Of a DNA stretch of 64,000 nt, positions 57,995 to 64,000 are shown piece by piece. Source of the stretch: Desulfosudaceae bacterium (GTDB lineage: Bacteria > Desulfobacterota > Desulfobacteria > Desulfobacterales > Desulfosudaceae); contig CAXXDV010000001.1 of NCBI GenBank assembly GCA_963674745.2, forward strand, positions 448,001 to 512,000. The letters run 5' to 3'. Within the stretch, counting starts at the first letter, position 1, and each line of letters opens with the position of its first letter. The notes under the pieces are model-generated. The model did not search any database. It had not been told where the DNA came from and was given only the letters and a program-made list of their open reading frames with translations. Made by a program: the position numbers and the translations under genes.

Positions 57995-59014
57995 TCAGAA
58001 TATCCGACTGTAAACATCCCGCCAGTCCCAGGCAATGTCATCAGGGTCAACGGGATCAAAACCGCCACCTATTGCAAGACTGTCTTGAAGCAATTTCATG
58101 ATCTGAAATGGGATATATTCAACGCCGGAGGCAAGGGCGCCATACCCGTCTTCGCTTGCCGTGTCTCCCACCATTGCCAGGCAGTGTTCTGCGCCATAGA
58201 GATTGCGTAAAGTAGTGATTGCAGCCGCTTTGTAATCTGCGCTCTCCGCGTAGTTCAGATCTGCTTTAACAATAATCGGAACCGTTCTTGTTCCATCCGG
58301 GGAGAAATGTTTAACCATCTGGTCACGCGTCAGCGGCCTGACACTTTCAGGCTGGCCGGTAATAATGACCACATCCGCACGGTCAAGAATATCGGGGAGG
58401 ACATCTTTTACATACCAGTCCACGTAGGGCCAGTCATAGCCAAACATATTCACAAAGTCAATATAATCTAAAATCGTATTGGCTCCGCCAGTGGCGTGAA
58501 TGGTGTTGTCATGATCGGTAAATAGAACATCGGGATTCGCGCTGGTGTCATTGCTGAGAATATTCAGAACACCTTCCTGGTCTTCAGACCAGCCGTCGCG
58601 GCACTCTACTTTAGCCATGAGCCGAAGCTCAATCGGAGCCAGATCAAGAATATCAGCCGGTATATAGTTCCGCAGGCTGTCAAGTTTTGCGATACCATTA
58701 CTATTTGTTGTAAGATCCGGCCCGATCTGTATCCAGGTGTTATTACGAGGATCCTCTATTTTAAAACGTACGGTGACATCACTAATCCTTGACGCTGTAA
58801 GGTATCCTATCAACCCCCTGTAATCCTTAAGAGGCAGATAAAACGCCGTAACATTGGGTAAGATTTCACCGGGGTCGGCGCCGCTGCCGTCCCAGTTGCT
58901 GGTAAAACCATCTGAAACGACCACCCTTGTATCACTTACTCTACAGCCCGGAAAAATCATGGAAAATATTGCGATGCAAACCAAAACATAAATCAGTCTT
59001 TGGGTTATTTTCAT
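57995..59014 (-). CDS. Putative lipoprotein with HAD phosphatase domain (lipin/App1-like)
   Basis: Signal ending FPGC; FTDHDNT (DxDxT), IITG, YK, VGDTASED. Confidence 0.65.
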   Translation of the reverse strand: MKITQRLIYVLVCIAIFSMIFPGCRVSDTRVVVSDGFTSNWDGSGADPGEILPNVTAFYLPLKDYRGLIGYLTASRISDVTVRFKIEDPRNNTWIQIGPDLTTNSNGIAKLDSLRNYIPADILDLAPIELRLMAKVECRDGWSEDQEGVLNILSNDTSANPDVLFTDHDNTIHATGGANTILDYIDFVNMFGYDWPYVDWYVKDVLPDILDRADVVIITGQPESVRPLTRDQMVKHFSPDGTRTVPIIVKADLNYAESADYKAAAITTLRNLYGAEHCLAMVGDTASEDGYGALASGVEYIPFQIMKLLQDSLAIGGGFDPVDPDDIAWDWRDVYSRIF

Positions 59015-59096
59015 TCTGCGTCTCCTCTTTATTCGTTATTCGTCAGATTATCTCTTTGAGTTATTATGTGTAGAACTATCTTTTATTCTAAAGGCC

Positions 59097-60812
59097 CTAA
59101 AAGATAAAACCCGACTCGGACAGGTCCTCACGAATCAGGCGAGGACTAAGTCCATCAAAGGGCTGGGCATCCCAGAATGCCCGTGTTGCACCGTCCGGAT
59201 CATTCTTCAGCCGGCTGGTTGCGTCTGAGCCTTTTGCGTTAAAAAGCATGGTCGGGCGATCACAGGTATTGTAGGGGCGCCATTCCGGCATGTTGGCATG
59301 GTTGGGATTTCCGGTTTTGGCAAACGAAGCCCAGGCGTCCATCATCTGGTTCTGAAGGCCTTGCGGAATACCATTTTCTCCGTAAAGCTCAGGCCAGCCT
59401 TCGGGATACCCCGTGACAAAGGCCAGTTCTGAACCGTGCGGCGACCCGAGGTTCAGGAAGGGATAGTCGGGAGCGGGAGGATTCCAGTCAAACCGGTAGA
59501 CAAAAACGTTGCCGGGCTGATGCGCGACTTGCGCTTCCGCCTGCCTGAGTGTGGGAATCCGCAGGAAAGCATCCGTCATCATGGCCAGAGACACAAGATT
59601 CGGCGAGATAACAAGTTCAGGATTGTAAAAGTAGTACAGGGCAATCCCCTCCGCGGCTGTTTTATTGTCAGGAATACACCTTTCAAAATAGGGAAACGCG
59701 GTCATTAGTGCCAGTGGTGTCGCAACCGGCAGCGCTAGCAGCGCGTTTTCCGCCATCCACCATCGTCCCTCGTCCTTTGTGGTTCCCACAAGCAGGGGGA
59801 TATTTGATGATCGTCCATTGGCAATGGCCTGCAGGGGCGGCTCCGGAAAGACTGTACCGTCGATAACCCCGGCATAAATGTTCTCCGGCAGAAGAGTGGT
59901 TTCCATTACCTGTTCCTGTGCGGCCATCACCTGCTGCCAGCTGAGCTGGCGCAGTTCTGCCAGGGTGTTGACTCCTGCATACTGAAAAAGCAATTCTGTT
60001 GAACGCCGGGCATAGGGTTTCCTTCGAATCGTTGAACTCCCGCCGCTCTGTCCGATCGCTTTATGAAACAGGCCTTCGGCAGCCGGCATGCCAAGAAGCG
60101 CGCACACGCTGTAACTCCCGGCGGACTCTCCAAAGATGGTTACATTATCGGGGTTTCCGCCAAAGGCGGCAATATTGTCCTGAACCCAGCGAAGGGCCAG
60201 AACCTGGTCGAGCAATGCGGCGTTGCCGCTGCCCGGAACGTCGTCAAAAAAACTGAAACCAAAGGCGCCGAGCCGGTACTCTACACTGACGACCACGACA
60301 TTCTCGCGCGCCGCCAAACGGGCACCACAGTAAAGCTTATCACCCGAGCTCTCCCATAAATAACCACCGCCATGGATCCAGAACATGACGGCCCTGTCCT
60401 GGTCATCCACCGAAGGCGTCCAGACGTTCAGGGTGAGGCAGTCCTCATCGATATTCGAGTTCATTACGTCGCTTGGTTCGATTTCCTGCTGCGGGCAGGC
60501 CGGCCCGAAATCCATTGCATCAAGTATATCTGCCCAGGATTCAGGCGGCACCGGAGGGGCAAATCTCAGCTCGCCGACAGGCGGCTTCGCATAGGGAATT
60601 CCCAGAAAAGCAACGACACCTTCATCGGCAATAAACCCTTTGACATCACCGTATATTGTCTGCGTCTGGGTTATTCCGTTTCCAATCGGCGCTGGAGGAA
60701 CAGGCTCGGGTTCAGGCGGTTCTGAGCCTTTTGCATAGGAAAACCCTGGAATCGCCAAGGAAAAAGAAATAACTGTTAACATAGCCAGAATAAAAATGGT
60801 TACATTTTTCAT
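59097..60812 (-). CDS. Secreted type-B carboxylesterase/lipase
   Basis: Signal peptide; FLGIPYAKPP, EDCLTLNVW, WIHGGG, FGESAG, KDEG, PHGSEL. Confidence 0.93.
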   Translation of the reverse strand: MKNVTIFILAMLTVISFSLAIPGFSYAKGSEPPEPEPVPPAPIGNGITQTQTIYGDVKGFIADEGVVAFLGIPYAKPPVGELRFAPPVPPESWADILDAMDFGPACPQQEIEPSDVMNSNIDEDCLTLNVWTPSVDDQDRAVMFWIHGGGYLWESSGDKLYCGARLAARENVVVVSVEYRLGAFGFSFFDDVPGSGNAALLDQVLALRWVQDNIAAFGGNPDNVTIFGESAGSYSVCALLGMPAAEGLFHKAIGQSGGSSTIRRKPYARRSTELLFQYAGVNTLAELRQLSWQQVMAAQEQVMETTLLPENIYAGVIDGTVFPEPPLQAIANGRSSNIPLLVGTTKDEGRWWMAENALLALPVATPLALMTAFPYFERCIPDNKTAAEGIALYYFYNPELVISPNLVSLAMMTDAFLRIPTLRQAEAQVAHQPGNVFVYRFDWNPPAPDYPFLNLGSPHGSELAFVTGYPEGWPELYGENGIPQGLQNQMMDAWASFAKTGNPNHANMPEWRPYNTCDRPTMLFNAKGSDATSRLKNDPDGATRAFWDAQPFDGLSPRLIREDLSESGFIF

Positions 60813-60869
60813 TTTACGCCCCCCTTTAATTAAGGACTAACTTTTATTGTATTATTCATCCATCAATAA

Positions 60870-60998
60870 AGCATTAATCGTGCCATAAAAATTACCCATA
60901 AAATTCAGAATGTTAATATTTAAACCAAAACAATACTGCCAAATAGTAAAACTCTTCTTGCCAAATAGTAAAACCTTCTCTATATGATAGATTCAAGG
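60870..60998 (-). promoter_or_regulatory. Sigma-54 promoter + IHF-like site + twin UAS (copy 3)
   Basis: Minus ATGGCACGATTAATGCT; ATTCAGAATGTTA; CTGCCAAATAGTAA and TTGCCAAATAGTAA 22 bp apart. Confidence 0.85.
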
Positions 60999-61007
60999 AT
61001 GATAATT

Positions 61008-63083
61008 ATGAAAAAACAAAATCTTCTTGATGAAAGCGCCCTTCAGGAAGAGCTGGGTGATATTTTCAGCTGTCTTTCAAGTCAGATTCCCGCGAATACG
61101 ATCAATTGGGTCCAGTCGCATTTTGATCCGATGGTCATAAGGATTATCGGACAGGCGTCAGACACCGGCGGAGAAAAGACCAATTTCATTTACGACGTCC
61201 CCGAAAAGATCGCAGCGATTTTTCAAAGTGACGCCCTGCCCGAAATCCACCTGATAAACCACCCGGAAAGAGATCCCCTGGGAAAAGAGATATCCAGGCG
61301 CGCCAAACGCTTTGACTGGTCGGCCCTGGTTATTAATTTTCGAAACCGCTCGGATACGCTATGCTCGGCAATAGTCTATGCGGATGGAAAGGACCGGTAC
61401 AAGGAAGAACATATCCGCCTGGTCACCCCCCTTAAGATGCGCCTTCAACAAGTTATGGACGTCCTCATTGCGGACAATGAAAAGAAAGGCCTGAACCCCA
61501 CTGAAAAAGAACCGGTTAAGGACAAAAATGAATTTTTTCGCCAGGTCACCCTGCGATTATGCGGCCATCTTGACCCTCAAACCGGTGTTTCCAAATGCCT
61601 CCAATACATCAGCCGCTTTATGCCGGCCGACGCGCTCTTTGTCAGACAGCTGGAGCCGGAATTTCAATCGGAACGCGTGCTCGCGGAAAGTTTTGGTGTA
61701 TTTCATCAACAGACAGGAACCCTGATTCCTCTGGTCCCGGAAAAACGGAACACCGCCCTCAGGCGGGGGGCCGACAGGCGAAGAATCCCCCGGATACGCA
61801 TTATCAACCAGCCGGACCAATCTGCCGCCACGCAGCCCTATGTGCAAATATTCGGCAATGACTTTTCGTGTATTTCCATGCCGCTTATCCATGGGAAAAA
61901 GCCCATTGGCCTGGCCGTACTGGGCCTGGAAGGCAGGGACCGCTACCGGGAAGCGCATCTGCAACTTTTCTCGCTGCTTCATGATCCGCTTGTCCTGGCC
62001 CTGTCAAACAACATCAAACACCGGGAAGTCATCCGGCTGAAAAACCTGATCGAGGAGGAAAAAACAGACCTGGCCGAAGAGCTGCATTACACGGCGGCAG
62101 ACACCATTATCGGCGGCAGCCTGGGCCTGGAGGCCGTCATGGAAAAGGCCCGCCTTGTCGCTGATCAGGACAGTCCGGTGTTGCTGTCCGGCGAAACCGG
62201 CACGGGTAAAGAAATCATCGCCAATTTTATCCATCAGAAGTCCGCGCGGAAAGACGGCCCCTTCATCAAGGTCAATTGCGGTGCGATACCGGATACACTG
62301 GTGGACAGCGAACTGTTCGGTCATGAAAAGGGCGCATTCACCGGCGCAGACGCCCCCAAAAAGGGCCGCTTTGAAAGGGCTGACAGGGGAACGATTTTTC
62401 TGGATGAAATTGCCGAATTGCCCCTGGCCGCCCAGGTCCGCCTGCTGCAGGTACTGCAGCATAAAATAATCGAGCGCGTCGGGGGTACGGACGCCAAATC
62501 CGTCGATATCCGTATTGTCACCGCCACCCACCGCAACCTGGAAGAACTGGTCGCAAAGGGCCGATTCCGTGAAGATTTGTGGTTCCGGCTGAATGTTTTC
62601 CCCATACAGATCCCCCCCCTGCGATCAAGGACAATGGATATCCCGGCCCTGGTGGATTATTTCATTGACAAAAAGTCGCTTGACTTGAAGCTTCACACCA
62701 AACCGTCCCTGAGTCCGGACGCAATGAAGCGGTTGATGTCCTATGAATGGCCGGGAAACGTCCGTGAACTGGAAAACGTCGTTGAAAGAGAATTGATCCT
62801 GAACAAGGGAGAAGCCCTCACGTTTCATCATATCAACCCCCGGCAAACAAGTGACGGGGAAACCGACGATGTCATGACAGAAGAGAATATCCTGTCCCTT
62901 GATGAAGTTTTTACCCGTTACGTTAAAAAAGTTCTGGGCCTGTGCGACGGTAAAATCAGCGGCCCGCACGGCGCCGCGAAAATGCTTCAGGTAAACCCGA
63001 GCACGCTCCGCAACAGGTTGAAAAAAATGGGAATCCCCTACGGTTGGAACCCAAAAAAACCGCTTAATCGGGATACGCAATGA
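61008..63083 (+). CDS. Sigma-54-dependent activator, tandem GAF-like input (type A, copy 2)
   Basis: Aligns end to end with 46092-48164; GAFTGA intact; start at MKKQNLL (alternative 60984). Confidence 0.92.
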   Translation: MKKQNLLDESALQEELGDIFSCLSSQIPANTINWVQSHFDPMVIRIIGQASDTGGEKTNFIYDVPEKIAAIFQSDALPEIHLINHPERDPLGKEISRRAKRFDWSALVINFRNRSDTLCSAIVYADGKDRYKEEHIRLVTPLKMRLQQVMDVLIADNEKKGLNPTEKEPVKDKNEFFRQVTLRLCGHLDPQTGVSKCLQYISRFMPADALFVRQLEPEFQSERVLAESFGVFHQQTGTLIPLVPEKRNTALRRGADRRRIPRIRIINQPDQSAATQPYVQIFGNDFSCISMPLIHGKKPIGLAVLGLEGRDRYREAHLQLFSLLHDPLVLALSNNIKHREVIRLKNLIEEEKTDLAEELHYTAADTIIGGSLGLEAVMEKARLVADQDSPVLLSGETGTGKEIIANFIHQKSARKDGPFIKVNCGAIPDTLVDSELFGHEKGAFTGADAPKKGRFERADRGTIFLDEIAELPLAAQVRLLQVLQHKIIERVGGTDAKSVDIRIVTATHRNLEELVAKGRFREDLWFRLNVFPIQIPPLRSRTMDIPALVDYFIDKKSLDLKLHTKPSLSPDAMKRLMSYEWPGNVRELENVVERELILNKGEALTFHHINPRQTSDGETDDVMTEENILSLDEVFTRYVKKVLGLCDGKISGPHGAAKMLQVNPSTLRNRLKKMGIPYGWNPKKPLNRDTQ

Positions 63084-64000
63084 AGAACAAGCCGGATATT
63101 GTTTCAAACCAGGTCAAACAGCATGTCGCTTCCGGCGGGGATATCTATGAGGCGGTGCACGCCCATTTCGATTCTTTTCAAAAATATCTTCCCGCGGAAC
63201 GAATGAGCCTGTGTATGCTCGATTTTGAACAGAAAAACCTACGAATCATTGCCCAGGCCAGTAAAACGGGCGGTGAAAAAACAGATTTTAACATTCCGGT
63301 GCCCGAAGAGCTCCTGGCTGCTTTTAATTTGGACGACCTGCCTGAAATTTACATGGTCAATGAACCGGAATCAGACCCGCTCGGGCAGAATATTATCAAG
63401 CGATCGGGCTTCAAAAACTGGTCCCTGATAGGCATGCGGATTAAGAATCAGGAAGTCGCATACGGCGCCATATTTTTTACGACCAACGGCAAAAACAGGT
63501 ATACGGATAAACATGCCGCTCTGCTCTCAGATTCATATGATGCACATGAATGGTTTCTGAAGACTGTTGTCAAGGACCATGGGGACAAAACCGGCGGCCT
63601 TGATCAAAAAGAAACGGCGGAAGATAAATATGAATTCTTCCGTCAGGTCACCCGGCGGTTATGCGGACACCTTGATATGGAAACCGGTGTTCTCCATTGT
63701 TTCCAATATCTCAGCCGCTTTTTTCAAGCGTCCATGCTGTCCGTCCACAAGCATCACAAGTCGGATGATACCGATATTATCGGGGTCGGACCTACCCATT
63801 TTTTTAATTATTTCGATCCCGGTATGATCGCCAGGGATACAGAAAGCCACAGTCCGAGGGAAATAACGATCGCCCCCAAAACAGTCATTATCAACAACCC
63901 CGAAAACGATCCTACCCTGAAACGGGCTTTAGACATGTTCGGAAGCAACTGGTCGTCGATTACCATGTATCTTTCTCACAAGCGGGTCCCGCTCGGTCTT
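63080..64000 (+). CDS. Sigma-54-dependent activator (type B, copy 2), runs off the window
   Basis: Not in the ORF track; manual translation MKNKPDIVSNQ..YEAV..LPAERMSL..KYEFFRQVTRRLCGHLDME..YLSHKRVPLGL matches 48176-50251; ATGA overlap with the upstream gene. Confidence 0.9.
   Translation, partial: MKNKPDIVSNQVKQHVASGGDIYEAVHAHFDSFQKYLPAERMSLCMLDFEQKNLRIIAQASKTGGEKTDFNIPVPEELLAAFNLDDLPEIYMVNEPESDPLGQNIIKRSGFKNWSLIGMRIKNQEVAYGAIFFTTNGKNRYTDKHAALLSDSYDAHEWFLKTVVKDHGDKTGGLDQKETAEDKYEFFRQVTRRLCGHLDMETGVLHCFQYLSRFFQASMLSVHKHHKSDDTDIIGVGPTHFFNYFDPGMIARDTESHSPREITIAPKTVIINNPENDPTLKRALDMFGSNWSSITMYLSHKRVPLGL

Noticed and set aside
1..64000. tRNA, rRNA, prophage genes, selenoprotein recoding
   Set aside because: None recognised by eye; tRNAscan/Infernal were not run, so small RNAs could be missed

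Overview
Gene-dense bacterial chromosomal region devoted to lipid and acyl-CoA catabolism. A Desulfobacterota-like anaerobe is inferred from the gene content (many sigma-54 activators, Fe-S proteins, an iron-sulfur flavoprotein); no marker gene here proves it. Metabolic genes: an acyl-CoA ligase, atuA-atuD-fadH under a PAS sigma-54 activator, a liuB/C/D(split)/E cluster plus a second HMG-CoA-lyase-like enzyme, five crotonases, and a secreted lipolytic set (lipase + foldase, carboxylesterase, HAD lipoprotein). It also has two AAA+ operons and two orphan TRAP/TPAT-type binding proteins. No rRNA, tRNA, CRISPR array, integrase or transposase was recognised. Most notable: (1) a presenilin/SPP-like intramembrane aspartyl protease coupled to a MoxR-DUF58-transglutaminase operon; (2) a duplicated tandem pair of GAF-GAF sigma-54 activators (possible heteromer) with a triplicated sigma-54/IHF/UAS promoter module defining a lipolysis regulon; (3) a radical-SAM + YfhO cassette bracketed by a direct repeat of the fadH 3' end; (4) an AAA-vWA/metallopeptidase operon with a 28-aa repeat protein; (5) octamer-based intergenic repeats. 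All family calls are by-eye motif recognition, not database searches.
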